Assembly (NCBI GenBank): GCA_028534125.1
Contig: CM052818.1
Span: forward strand, 49,106,001 to 49,170,000
DNA: 64,000 nt
Source of the DNA: Lama glama
Lineage: Eukaryota
Direction of reading: 5' to 3'
In this document: one piece after another, positions 39,201 through 52,693 of the stretch
How the letters are laid out: every line of letters starts with the position of its first letter
Position numbering within the stretch: position 1 is the first letter of the stretch
Program-made: the position numbers and the translations under genes
The notes under the pieces: model-generated
What the model was told of the DNA's origin: nothing
Seen by the model: the letters and a program-made list of their open reading frames with translations, nothing else
Databases searched by the model: none

Positions 39201-39947
39201 TGTCTGGGGTACGGAGGAGCCGCACCACCCACCCTCGTCTTCATTGTGTCTGTTTCTCGCTCTAATGAGGTCCTCGGGGGCAAGGGCAAGTTTAAAATGA
39301 AAATCAATCAATCAGTCTCTGGTGGCCGCACAGGAAGCAGACCTGAGACTTGTCCTCACTAAAAACTGGGTTTATTAAAAACATCTCTGTACAAATACAG
39401 GGCAAAGCACTACAAAACTGGTTTCTTTCAAAGGAATATCAAAAAATCTCATTTCAGACATCTTTGAAGACTTCTTGTAGAGAACCACTGAGTTTTCTAA
39501 GAATGTGAGGAAACGGGGCTTCTGCCTTCTTCCCCATCTGTCTCTACAATAAAAAGAAAGGCAAGCGTTATGCAGATAAACACCCCGTCAGCAGAAATTC
39601 CGCAGCTGAAAAGGTGGTCACAGACTGTGAGCTCCCAGCACGCTGGTGGTGAGTGTGTCTGCCTGGTCACTCATCGTTTACAGTCAATTTCTCTCGTTTT
39701 TTATCTGCTCTTTTTCCTTTGGAGGAGCGCGCATCAGAACACGGTTCTCAGTGAAACCACTTACATCTGATCTCCCAACCCCAGGGTCACCGACAGCCTG
39801 TGACACGCAGAAAGGCTGTCACTGACAGGTTTGGTCTTGTAGCTTAAGGAACTTTGATTCAAAGAGGTTACATGCCTGGCTTAAAGCAAATTGAAACGTT
39901 TAAAGATCAGTGAATCTTGCTTTCTCGAGCAAAATTATATTTTGATG

Positions 39948-40100
39948 TTTTCCAGTCTTCTTGAGATAGAATATTGTATAAGTTTGAGGTGTATGACTTG
40001 ATTGGGGTAGAATATATATTGGGGAATGATCACCATTGAGTTTACTTAACATCCATCACCTCACATAGTTACAAATTTTTATGTTTTAACTTTTTAAAAA
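39948..40100 (-). mobile_element. L1MA9-like 3'-end fragment
   Basis: attgtataagtttgaggtgtat..gaatgatcacca..ttaacatccatcacctcacatagttac. Confidence 0.75.
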
Positions 40101-42619
40101 AATTAGTGAGAAAGGGCAGTTGGAGCCAATTAGGGTGAAGACAGCTGGTTTGTTCCCCAGTCCCTCTCCCTGGGTAAATGCACCACCACACGCCGCGAAG
40201 AGGCCTTGCGGGTTCACGGGGGAGCCGCGCCAGCGGTGAGGTGGGAGCGAGCGCTGCCTTTCCCCTCCTGGGGCCGCTTCCCCCCTGAGAAGTGATGGTG
40301 GACCTGCTGACACCCGACTGCATTCTTCCAAACCTTATTTGAGGCAGTGGGGGGCAAGCTGCTCTGAACCTTTTTAAACAAATGATTTTTATGCAACGGC
40401 CTCTGGCTGGACTGGAGGTCCGTAGCAGGCTCCCTCTTGCTGCGTCCCTGCACCTGTCTCTGGGAAATACACACCTCTGCCTTAATTTCTTGCCTCCAAG
40501 CAATAGAATGCAGGCTTGACATTGATGATATTTGCTCCCCAGAAAATACATTTGTAAACATCTTTGGGGATTTCGTTAAAGAGAGGGTTCGCATGAGACC
40601 TCAGGAATCCCTGTGGTGTTGCGTGCCTAGACCCCTGTGAGGCATACCGGGGTCAGTGCACAGCTGCGTCTTTCTTAGAGCACTGGGGGGAAATGTAAAT
40701 CATGCCCTTTACCTGCGGACAAGTGGCCTTTTCCTGCAGCTGTGGCACTGAAGATCACGTTTCCCTTGGCCAGTCTGGACTGATTCTTACCTGCCATGTA
40801 CGTCCCTCTAGGAGACAAAGCAACTCCCTCACTGACCAGACGCTTTTGGCTCCATCACGTGGAAGTCAGGGTCAGTTTGTTGAGGAGGGGCGTGAAGTGA
40901 ACAGCGTGAGCTTCGTGGTCTGCCGGTCATTAAAAGTACGTCTGATGCTGGCCCTTCGGTCCAGAGTGATGAGGATGGCACTGATGCTCCCACGTGGAGC
41001 GGCGACAGTGGGGGAGAGAGCGGCCCCTCGGGGCGGCCCGCCCCGCCCCCGGGCAGGAAGGACGCCATTTGCCCCGGCGCGGTCCCCACTCACCACCCCA
41101 AGTGACACTTTCAGAGCAAAGCGTGGTGCAGGATCCGTTTTCCCCAGAAGGTGAGCTGCCGTTCAGGAGTTGCCATTCTAGGACATTAGATGTGACAAGA
41201 ATCTTCCACACAGTGTGAGGGTTTCTTTTTGAAATTAACACCTCAGCGATCACCGTTTCCTCCACACCTGAGGACGACGCACCGTGACGTCGTTTGGTTT
41301 GCCTGAGCATGGAAATCAGGACGCAGCTGAAATATTGGACACATCATCAAAGAATGCAGCCCGCAGGATGCCACCGAGCCTCTCAAGTTAGATCTGCTGG
41401 GTGAACCCCATCCTGACGCCGCCTGTAACAAGCAGCTTGTTTGCGTCAGCCATTTTTCCAAAGTCATTATTACTCTAGAATCAGCAAGTTTTCAGTGTCT
41501 TTCAAATTACCGCCAAGCGCTGGTTAACTCGAACACAGAGGTAACAAGAGTTGTATTCAACTTTGCTTTTTGCCTTTTAGGAGAAAGCAAATCTCCAGCT
41601 CCATCTGGTCTTCTGTCCCAAGGAAGCCAAGGTTTTAGATGCTCACTCTAACTCCGCTTCGTGTGTTACCTTGCAGTTAGTTTTCAAAGCCTGAGGCACT
41701 CACCTCCGCAACACTGAACGACCATCACCGAGCATTTTCTAGACGCTAAGGATCTGTAATATTAGCATTTTTCACAGAAAGACTCCGTTCCCTTCTCCGG
41801 ACTCGTATTAGCACTACAGGGATGCAGGTTTACATCCTGGGCGCAGTTCCGGCCCTTTGGGACGCAGATCTGAACTGTTGAATCGTTCGTTCTAGATGTC
41901 ACTGCAGGTGCCTGAAGCTGGGAAGTTCATCACGTTGCCGTCCTCAGTGACGCATGCTGCTGCTGTCTGATTTCTCTCCACGGAAGATCAGGGCTGAAGG
42001 CAGGATGGACACTGTGCACCAAGTGTTTGCCACATCCGTCATTCCGTTCTCCTACCCGTCTCCAAAACGTCGGCATTGGTCTTACCCTCGCCGTGGGAGT
42101 GAGGCCACAGAGGCTTCAGGAAGTTGAGTGGTTTCTAGGGACCACACCGACACCACGCGGATTAGGAATGGGGGAGCGAGAGGCACACCTTGTGCTCTGC
42201 GTGCCCCAGAGCCTGAGCCCCCCTGCTCTAAAAGCACGTTCCCACCTGGCCGACTCCATCACCCGGGTCTATACCCCCAGGGCAAGGGGAAGGAGCGCTT
42301 GTCAGATACAGGGCTACAAGGGCCGGGGGGGTGGGGAGACAGTGTTCTGAGCCACCTCCCTGGTGGCCGTGCGGCCCTGGCTCGTGCGTGTTGGCTCCTC
42401 CCCGCACGCCAGGCCCAGGCGTCACCTGCTAACGTGTCTTTCTCCCTGGCGCTACAGCCGATGGTGGCAGGAGCAGGACCTTGTCTGATTTTCTTTCAGT
42501 CGTAAACAATCAAAACAAACTACTTCCCAGTGTTCCCCTTTCACTAGGCAATTTTTTTAAAGGAAATTACTTTCAATTGCTGGTCACAGCCCAATGATCT
42601 AGTCGTGAACATTCGGTAG

Positions 42620-43900
42620 AATCTGGGTCAGTGAGAGCCCCGAGTCCCGGAGGCGTGGGGAGGAGAGGCTGGAGTGGAGCAGGTGCGGGGCTGGACACGC
42701 GCGGCGCTAGATCGCGGGGTGTCGCGGCCGGGCCTGACAGTCCCGCCGCGGGCGGCGAGAGCGCGAGGCGCCTTTGGCGCTCTCTCTGTCTGTGATGTTT
42801 GTCTTCTAAAGGGCCTGGCCTTCTGCACGTGCACACACTCAGCAGTTCCCAGGCTGACATTTTCTCTTCCCCGATTCTCGTCGAGCTTCCTGACCTTCGA
42901 GCTGCTGCTGGAAGGGAGGCCGCCCGTCTGCAGCAGCGTGCGTCCCAGAGCGAGGGCGACGGGCGGAGCGTCAGGAAGCGGGATTCGAGGCGCTTGGTCT
43001 GCATTAAATGATTCTAATTTTGGAGCAGGACGCGAGCGGGGAGCGAGCCAGGGAGGCCAATTAAGGGGCAGCCACCGCCCCCAGGGACGGTCAGCGGAAG
43101 CCATCCTGCGGCCGCAGCGCCGGCCCGAGACGGTGCGTCCTGCTTCCCGGGGACAGACGGGCCGGAGGAGGCGAGGGCGGGGGGGGGGCTCCCCCGCAGG
43201 AGAGCAGGAAGAGCGGTGCCCACGGTGGCTCTGCGCATCAGACAGGCTGGGGGCTCAGGGTGCCGGCAGCGGCGAGGTCTGCTCCTAAGCCCCGGAGGGT
43301 TTTGCTGTCCAAACGGTGCTGGAGCTTACGTCTTCCTCCCGCACTGCGTGTTCAGGGGCCTTCCTGTGTCCCCGGGGAGCACGGCACAGTCCCCTCACGT
43401 ACAGTGCGCTGCTCGACGGAACCTTCTCTCAGGTGAAGCGTCAAAGGATGCGGAAGGGGCACAGAACGCACGCCCTTAGCTTCCCCGTCCTCCAAGGGAG
43501 TCAGCTTCCGAGGCCGTCGCGGGAAGCGCGCCCGGCTCTGCTGGCTGCGGGCGCCGCTCTCTCGGCCCAGGCAGGCCACTCGCCGTGGGCCTTGCTGCTG
43601 TTTCTCGGCATGCCCGCCTCTCTCCTGAAAGGCAGGTCAGGCGAAGAGGAGCTGACGGTTCGCAGGGGGGACACGCGGGGCGGGCTGACGAGGGGGGCAA
43701 GAGAATGACGGTTTCGGATGCAGGCCATTCAGCACCTCGCACAGGTCTCTTTGGGGCGGGGTCACATCGGCTCCTTTCCAGAAGCAGGTCCCTGACGAGA
43801 GGAAGGTGTGTCTCGCAGCCCCGCTCAGGCGCCCCGCTGCCGGCTGCGCGCCACGGCGCGAGCCGCTCCTTTCTGGTGAACCTGCTGTTGGGGCGAGCGC
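42620..43900. promoter_or_regulatory. CpG island 2, probable promoter or Polycomb-type island
   Basis: About 1.3 kb of very high GC/CpG; GC boxes; embedded AT core gcattaaatgattctaatttt and CCAAT (gccaattaa, about 43056). Confidence 0.88.
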
Positions 43901-44122
43901 ATCTTTTGCTCGGAATTATTTTTTTGAGAAAGGCAGCTAATCTCAACAGGGCTACTGAGGAACAGGAGGAAAGGTTGTTCCATGAACTGACGGGCTCCTA
44001 ATCTGAGGCATGTGGAGGTCACAGCCATTGACTTTAGTTATTACCCCAAATCTATCCCCAAGCAGGGTTCCGATCACTGCACACTTATCGCCAGATGCTG
44101 CCAATAATCTACACTTCATAAA

Positions 44123-44133
44123 ATGGTTGAAAG
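44123..44133 (+). other. Candidate end of a first coding exon (ATG GTT GAA AG|gtatga)
   Basis: Strong Kozak (aaaATGG) and strong donor AAG|gtatga just downstream of CpG island 2. Confidence 0.3.
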
Positions 44134-44156
44134 GTATGATGCACTCAGGATATTAG

Positions 44157-44159
<3 letters not shown>

Positions 44160-44188
<29 letters not shown>
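44160..44188. repeat. (CA)n microsatellite
   Basis: Direct inspection. Confidence 0.92.
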
Positions 44189-44191
<3 letters not shown>

Positions 44192-44544
44192 TTGTGAGTG
44201 TGTACATGCAGCATCTTAGTATTTTACCATCACATGTCTGTATGGACCAGTAAGGAACCCATCATGCTAATTAATTTCGTGTTCAAACCCTTTAAGAATG
44301 AAGTAATTATTTCAAAATGAGGAGCTCTGTTCTGTGTTTCCCGGGTCCTGGTCACCGGGGTGCCCGCTGGGGCGTGGGGTGCTGCGCCGTAATCACTACA
44401 CTAGAGTTGACTTCTCAGTCTTCAGAAAGAAAAAAGTGCCACCACTGTCGCCACCACCACCAACAAAACCAAAAATCTAGCATGTCCTCGAAATCTTATT
44501 TTTCTCACAATCATCACCGACACCACCGCCACGCTTGTGTTAAC

Positions 44545-44740
44545 GGCTGTGACACTCATTCGGCTGAGGGTTTGCATATACAGCTTAACGTCAACACCTT
44601 TATGAGACTCATACTAGCAGTCTTTCAGTCGTCACTGGTTTTCTGTTTTTTAAAGTGAGGAAACCAAAGTTCAGCTAGATTCACCCGTGTGAGGTCATAC
44701 AGCTATTTAATGACAAAATCTGAACTAAAGATGTAAACTT
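44545..44740 (-). mobile_element. MIR SINE
   Basis: ttaaagtgaggaaaccaaagttcagctag..gaggtcatacagctatttaatgacaaaatctgaact. Confidence 0.6.
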
Positions 44741-46399
44741 ATTCTTGCTTTTATCATTAATTTTTAACACACTTGTGGCCCACGTCTTACACGGCAGTTG
44801 CCGTCTGACACGAGGGACTCATTAATGAACAGATTGGGGCAAAACCCACGGCCCTGTGGAGCTTTGCGTTTTGGTAGCTGTCAATGAGCAGCGTGATCTG
44901 CAGCTTGGCGAGAGGTTGTAAGGACACGCGTGGAAGCAGGGGACACAGCTGGGCCGGCAGAGGGCATTTCAAAGTATTCACTGACTTTAAAGTCCCATGC
45001 CCCTGCTGTCCCTCCTGGCCAGTTCCATCCTTCCCTGGAGAAACCCGCGCTGTCTGCCGAGGCTCTTTCAAGTCACATCTTCCTGAAAACCCCCTCTGGT
45101 TGCATCCTGCTGGCTGTGGGGCAGAGGACAGGGTACCTGTGTGCGAGTGCGTGACTGTGTCGCCGAGTCATCCTCTCTGTGCGGTCACCGCGCTCTGTGT
45201 GTTCTGTCAGTCGATCGCGTATGACATCAGACGCCATGGGGTCGCTCCTGCTACAGTGGTAGACATCATACTCCTTGAAGGCATTATTTATATCTTATCC
45301 TTCCTGCATCACGAGCTTTCCACACACTGATAAGAGCAAACTGAATACATAATCATATTAAATATATTTAGTTGGTTGACTTGACAGATCATCCCATATG
45401 CTCACGGGCAGCAAAGAGTATTGAAGATGCCCTGGGTTACAGGTCAGGGGCAGCTTGGCCATTGGCCAGTGTAGAAGGTGTGTGTGGTCTCGGACATGTG
45501 AGTTACCTCCTTGCGGCTCAATTATTGCTGAACAACAGAGATATTATCACTGACAGCATTGGCTGACTCCTTGCTCCAGCGTGTGTTGTCTATGCGAACC
45601 TCTGCCCGTCTCTGTTTCCTTGGATGCGATAGTTGGTTGACAGGGAAGTCTTACTATTTGAAACGGGGGCTCCCTGTATATAGCGTATGAGAAAGCGCGT
45701 TTTAAAAGTCAGTTGTTTTTTTCTCTGTAAAGTTCCTCAGATGCTTGGGGTTGCTTTTCTCTCCCGGAAGCAAGCCATTTGTGGTGAGTATTGCACCCAT
45801 GTGCGACTCTTCCCAGTGGTAAGAAGAAGTGTTCCCCGGGGAGCAGGCAAGACGCCCCTTCACACAGCAATTGTTAGAAACATCCGAGTGTGTTTAAAAC
45901 TAAATGAAACTTGCATGTTACATTGTTACTTCTTTTTTTAAAAATCAATTTTCCTCATTGTAACGATTGGTAGATTATCCATATAATAGATTATCAGATG
46001 AAGACAGCACAATCTCTTCGAAAATGGCGAAGAGGAGGGAAGTGTGCCTGGGAATGGGGATTAACATGAAATTCAAAATCAGGGCATTTGTGACGCTGTG
46101 AAGCAATCATCGGAGAGTGTTATGCATTAGGAAATTGGACCATTTGTTGGTTAATGGTAGTTGTAAGCCTTGAGATGGAAAGTGTTTCCCAGCAAATAGC
46201 AAATTACAGAAATAGACCAAGAGTCACAAAGCGGGTCTCATCAGAAATATTTTGCATCACTGTGAATAGTTCATATGTAACCTCTTGGGCAAACATGTAT
46301 CATTTTTAATAGAGAACTATGCTTGTTTAACAAAATGTTTTTATGTAATAAGTTGCACATTTTGAAAAATACCTTTAAAACCTCTTAGGAAAAGCTTGA

Positions 46400-47630
46400 T
46401 CATTTAACGTATCAAAAAGAGAAAGGAAATATGCTACAGATATCCGCAGTAAACTTAAGACATTTTAAAGACTCTCTTTCTTATAAAACGAAAACACGCG
46501 CTACATAATTTTGAAGCTGTAATTTACTTTTCAGCCCGCCGTGGCCTGTGGCTGCTCTCCATGCCAGCTGCAAACGTCTATTGCGCTCCTTCATGGCTGC
46601 CCGGGGTTGCACCTCTGTTTATCCCCCACGCAGCTCCAACTGCAGAGCGTTTGACAGCTCTTGTCTGAGTTCTGCGATTCATGCCATTAATAGTCCCCTA
46701 ATTTTTCTACATATTCTTATGTGTTTCACTTTCACTGATCTTTTGATATAAAATAGATATAGAACAGATGTATGGACGAATATGCACTTTTTAAAATAAT
46801 GGATTAGGATTCAAACTGCAGTGAATCAGCCCCTCTTTGCCGGGTCCGTGAAGAGGCTCACAGAGGTTGGTGGCTCTCCTGGGACAGGGATACGCCTCCC
46901 AGAGCTGCGTTGTCATAGTCTTGTTGTCTCCTGGGTTTACAGCCCCATCCCGAGAGCGCTTCGCTAATAATCCTTTCCCTTTTAAGGGAATCTGAAAGCA
47001 CTGGGTTTTCTTTGGCCTTGAACCCTGTGAGCAGCAGCAAGGTCACGTGCTCAGGATTCCCTGAGTTCCCATGTGCCCCACAGCACCTGGGCCACTTCCA
47101 TTCTTCCAAACTGTGGTGTTCCCAAAATACCTTTGGCCTTTCTTCGTGTCAGTGTATCCATATTTCTCTTCTTGGTTTAGAAATTGTCCGTATATTTTAG
47201 AGATATGATAAGTTGTTTTTCACATCTGGCACTTGTTTTCCAGCCCATTTGCCTTTTAACATTTTTAAGGTACGTTTTTCTCTCTGAAGTTCATAATTTT
47301 ACATGCACAGAAGTATCAATCTTTTCCTTCAGAGTCTCTGTTTTGGAGTTATGTTTAGAAATTCCTTCCCCGAGATTAAATAAATCTCCACCTACATTGC
47401 GAACCTTAATTTTATGGTTTCATATTTTAAACGCTTAGATCTTTCACCCGTCTATGAGTCATTTTAGGAAATGGTGTGAGATCAGAATCTATGTTATTTT
47501 CTCACAGATTGAAATTTTCCTGTTGATTTGAGAGAATGGCTTTGCCATGTGTGAAGTTTCTTTGTACAGGCGGACGGCTTTGTGGCCTTCTAGCCCGCTG
47601 TTTTCATCTGCCTGCCTTGCTGTATCATTA
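46400..47630 (-). mobile_element. Old L1ME-like fragments
   Basis: Antisense motifs tatcaatcttttccttcagagtctctgttttggagttatgtttagaaattccttccc and ttaggaaatggtgtgagatcagaatct. Confidence 0.55.
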
Positions 47631-47639
47631 AGGACTGGC

Positions 47640-48062
47640 AATGGCTAAGTGAGGTAAAACAGCCACACACTGGAGTATCATTTTGCAATACAGAGTGAAG
47701 TGCGGATGCATTGCTGCAACACAAGAAAGCTTGGGAACATTATGCTGAATGAAAGAGCCCGTCACAACAGACCCATATTATGTGAAATGTCCAGTATATG
47801 CAAATGTACAGAATCAGCATATAACACGAATGGTTGTTTCCAACTTAAAGAGTGTCAAGGAATTAGGGAATGACTGCTATTGGTATAAGGTTGTTTTGGG
47901 TTTTTTGGCTTTTTTTTTTGAGTGATGAAATTTTCTAAAAATAGATAGTGGTGATGGCTGCACAGCCCTGTGAATATACTAAAGAATGTTGAATTGTATA
48001 ATGTAAGAGGGTGAATCATATCATTTTGAAAGTATATCCAGGAAAGTCATTTTTTAAAAAAG
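47640..48062 (+). mobile_element. L1MB-like 3' end nested in older L1
   Basis: aacattatgctgaatgaaagagcc..gggaatgactgctattggtataagg..gatagtggtgatggctgcacagccctgtgaatatactaaag. Confidence 0.85.
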
Positions 48063-49609
48063 AAAAGTTTGCTGATTTTATGAATAGATTCCACCTCCTT
48101 GTTGACCTACTGTGTGAGTCGCAGTGGCTCTGTGTTGAATTAGGCTTGTATTCCTGGAGTGACCTTACCTGGGCACGATGTTTTTATCTTTTGAACACTT
48201 GCTGAATGTTTTTACGACTTTGCATTCATATTGTTAAGTTAGATTGTTGTACTATTTGTCACATTTTTATTATGGTTCGTAAAATAAATCTAGAAGGAGT
48301 CCAACTTTTTCAAACCTCTTGTTTATTTTGAAATAGAATGTGAATTATGTGTTGTATATAGTTTTGTTGGAATTAATCAATAATTCTATATGCACACATA
48401 AATCTTTGAGATGTTTCTTTACAAACTTTAAAAATGATTTCTGTGCTTATTGTCACATTTAATACTTAACATGTTTCTTGTGTCAAGTCCCACTAAATTA
48501 AGTTTATTTTAGGAAATGAATATTTAAAGTTTGCTAGCATTGATCTCTGCGCACCATGCTCTGTGAGTGACTTGCTGTGTCCGTAGTTCAGGACACTTTC
48601 CTTTAATCAATTTCAGGATGGTGTGTTGGTATTTCTTTTATTTTTTTGTAGAAGCTTCATTTATTTAACTAAAACTCAAACATTATTTTGGCATTGCCAT
48701 TTCTGCTAGTTTTCTGCCTTATGACTTATTTATATTTCCTTATCTCTTTTTAAAAATTGTTATTATACTTTGTATTTGTTTAATAGTTGAATTAAATTTT
48801 GATTTACATTGATGGTGGGTGTTTTGGTTTTTAATTTTTTAGAGACATACTTTATATATGGTAGAGATGAGCCCTTTTTAAATGCAGCTTGAGAAGTCAG
48901 AAGCGTATTCCTGCCGGTGCACCACCGCACTTAACACAACAGAACACTTCCATCACACGCTGTTGTCCTCCTCTGTCCACCTCCCAGGCAGCCTCACCAC
49001 CACCTCTGGGGACCAGCTGCATTTCTCCCTGTGACTAGCAAGTAGATTTCTACTTTGCAGATTTTCGTGGAAATTGAATTGTATGGTAAGCACCCCCTCA
49101 CAGCAGGCTGCTTCTGGTGTTGGGGCCACTTCGCTCACTGCTCTTCCCTGCAGGGCCACAGGCCTGTATCGCCCGTGTCTTGGCCTGAAAATAGTTGTGT
49201 GTTCAGTCTTCTCAGTTTTCTAGTTCTGTGCTGGAGAAACGACAATTCTGAAAACTCTTAACCTCTTCTAATCACAATCAGAAGTCCTTTTTTTCTTTTG
49301 TTTTATTTTTTTTTTAGCGAGAAAGTTTGTATTTTTCTGTAACAATTTGTAATTAATTGGTATTATTATCATGATAATGATTATTATTACATGTACTACA
49401 TGGATACAAAGTTACATATGTAACGATTATTTCTAACAAAAGGGAATGACATTTACATTGTGAAACGTTAGCAATCTGTTTTATACCATTATCACGTATT
49501 TAATCTGTTTTGTTATTTGCATATAGAAATACTTTACAAGTAGATTAATTAGTTAAATGCAGTGATAAATTAGATAATATGTGATGTGGAATTTGGCTTC
49601 CTCTTCCAG

Positions 49610-49690
49610 GCTAATGCTCCAGTCTACTCCCCGTAGTGGCATTGGTGCCCCAGGACCGTCAAAGCAGAAAGCAGAAACTTACTAGTTAGA
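49610..49690 (+). other. Candidate internal exon (81 nt)
   Basis: Acceptor tttggcttcctcttccag|G and donor AGA|gtgagc; GC-richer than its AT-rich flank. Confidence 0.25.
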
Positions 49691-52227
49691 GTGAGCACTC
49701 AGGCCCAGCTCTTACACTGGAAGAGTCGCACTTGTGTCCATCCTATGACAAGTGCACCCAAGCCCACAGCTTCAGGGCCTCCATTCACCTGTCACTGCTC
49801 CGTGGGAGGCAATCTAGTTGTCATAATAAGCTCTAATGAGCATCCATTTCTAAGACCATATTCCAAGGAAATAGTTGGACAAATTACACAAAGTTACATA
49901 TACAAATATGTCTAAGTCATCAGTGCTTACAATTCCAATAAAATGAAAGTAGGCTAAACTTCCACATGTAGACATGTGAGTTAAGAACGTAGTGGGCTGT
50001 GTCTCTCTGGCAATAAGGCTACAATGGAAACTCAGACCATCAATCTATACTTCAGACGAGTATCTGTCCATCCCACCCAACATGAAAGGATAGTCAGATT
50101 GGAAAAGAGTATTCATCTTATTCTCCGTGAAACAAGTGAACAAATGGAAGATATGCAGGCTTCCCATCACTGCGTGAGCAGCAGTCTCACCTCCTGTGGG
50201 GGGTGCGTCTTACTTGCTTTACTGCTTCTCCACTTTCCTTGATTGTTTAGCGATAGTTTGCAACCTTCAAATTAAAAAAATCATTTCACTTAAATTTGGG
50301 GAAAAAATATGACCCAAAATATACTATTCCTTGCCCATGAGACCAAAAGAATCTAATCATGATTATCCAGGGATCACTTTTCTGTCAATATTTCAAGGTT
50401 ATTATACATTGTTTTAATATAATCTTTTCCTGTTACACACTTTTTACAGCAACGCAGCTTTTGCTTCATAAGGACACCTGCTAAAGCCATTTTGAACACA
50501 ACGCATTGTCAGTTAATACTGCTTAAAAATAAACTCACAGTTGCTATCAGGGGGAAACTTGCATTTTTAATTCATTTTAATATCCAAAATAACCTATTTC
50601 ACAATAGATGCCAAAGATTAAAGATTTTTCACAATTTTGGTTTTTGTATGCTCCTGAAATGATAACTAAAATCTGTAGACATAATGTGTCTATGATTTCA
50701 GATAGTGTACTGCAGCGTGTGACTCTTGAAATGTATTTCAAGCCAACCGTCTTCATTTTAAGAATTACGAAATGAAAAGAACCCCTGAAGACTGAGTAGT
50801 CCGTCTGAGTCACATCCTGCGCGTGTCTAGGATGGAGCACCCATCCGTGAGGTTGTGCTCAAGCTCAGACAGCCCCCTCTTTGCACGGCACAATCCTTGA
50901 TCTTAACCTTGAAGGTAAGTTCATATAGAGGAGTTACACAAAGTAAGTTAATTAAGCATATGAATATAATATTTCAATGTTAAAATTAGAAAGGAGAGGG
51001 AAGGTTTTCAGAAGGGCTCATCCTAAGACGAGTCCTCTGACTTGCTGCTGCCATGAGGCGTATGAACTGCCTGGGCAGCAGCCACGGCTTCTAATTCAGT
51101 GGGAACTTACGCTGCCCCTGGTGAGATCTGTCTCCCTTGAGAACCAGAACCTGTAACCCTGCAAAGACCAGAGTCCCAGGAAAAGAAATCCCAGGTTATC
51201 TGAAGTAGGTCCCTGAAAGTGACTTTAAGCAGAGCCATTCTTATCTCCGCCCATTGTTTCCCAGACCTGGGGACCCAGCCCCACACGGGGGTCATGGTTT
51301 TAGGTGGCATGCCTCAAGATGGCACATAGGAAGTCTAAGCTGGTGCCCACTTCCCAGCAGCACTGCGATGCCCCACAGTGCCAGAGGGGTGACTTCCACC
51401 ATCATGGGTGTCAACTCAGGGACGTAGTCTCCACCTTGCCTTTGAGGGGCTGGCGACAAGCTGCAGTGTGGAGGGGCTGAAACTGCCAGGTGCCTGCCGC
51501 CTTGCTGGTCTTCTCCTGGCGGGCTCTGCCTTTCCCAGCTGTGGGTACTGGGCTGGATCTTGATGGGGACAGTTTGCCTGGCCAAGCGATGTCTCTGCCG
51601 CTTCTTCAAGAAAAGCAGAGAGCTAGCCTGGAGCGGAAGGGGTAGGGCTCTTCTGGGAGCCAGCGGGGCCAGGGGACTCTGGGGCACACTTTTCGGGTGT
51701 GTCAGTGCACGTGTCCCCACCTCACTGCCCAGGACCTGCGTTTTCCCAATCTGACCCGGGCAACCTGACTGAGTGGGAAGTCCCATCGGTTCTGGAGCAT
51801 GCAGAGGACAAGTTCTTTGACAGGTAGGTGCCATGCTGTGGCATCGTGTCTCTGAAGCAGGACTCTGACTTTTACACCCAGCCTTCAATGGCTGATTACA
51901 TGTTTTCACTTTTCATTATGTTTTTCCAAATAATAATTTTCCTCAACACTCAGTTAACTCCATCGTCCTTATCATCACTCTCTGTCCCATGTTTCTCAAA
52001 TGTCTGGTGTGTTTAGTCCTTTAATCCATTTCCTTCAACTGGTTTCTCAACCCATTTCATGCTCATGAAAGTTCTAGCGATTGTACTTCAACGTGTGCAT
52101 GGGTCTATGTGTGTCCCGTATATCGTGGGTTCTTCATTATTAACCGTCCAGCAGGCAGCTCTACCCTAGGATCCAATTTCAGTGTCTGCTTTCTTGGGCC
52201 ACTTTTGGGGTAACTGTTGAAGGATGG

Positions 52228-52688
52228 TGTACTGGCTTCTTGTGGCTGCTGCAACAAAGTGCACTAAACTGGGAGGCTTAAATTAGCAAAAATGTATTCT
52301 TTCACAGTTCTGTAGTCTATGAGTCCAAAATCAAGGTGCCTTCAGGGTCATGCTCCCTCTGAGAATCTGGCAAGAACCTTCTCTTGCCTCTTTCTGCCTG
52401 CTGGGGGCAGCTGCTGGCCCTTGGAATTCCCTGACCTACAGCTGCTTCACCCCAAACTCTGCCTCTGTCATCACATGATACCTTCTTCTGTGTTTCCATC
52501 TTCACATGATGTCCCACCCCCTCCCCCGATAAGGGCACCTGTCGTATTGCACTAGGGCTCAACATAATGACCTCATCTTAACTGAATGGCATCTGCCAAG
52601 ACCCTATTTCCAAGCAAGGTCACAATTAGAGGTACCTGGAGTTAGGAAATCAACCTATCTTTTGGGTAGACGCAACATTACTCATACA
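52228..52688 (-). mobile_element. MaLR solo LTR (MLT1B/C-like)
   Basis: TG..CA termini; motifs gtggctgctgcaacaaag, gagtccaaaatcaaggtg and aagaccctatttccaagcaaggtcaca; perfect 5-bp TSD GATGG at 52223-52227 and 52689-52693. Confidence 0.92.
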
Positions 52689-52693
52689 GATGG

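Noticed and set aside
42573..44001. Overlapping ORFs up to 204 aa
   Set aside because: CpG-island artefact; open in several frames, many with non-ATG starts, no recognisable protein.
51292..51909. 205-aa minus-strand ORF
   Set aside because: No recognisable domain or splice context; GC-rich and possibly old LTR-derived sequence.
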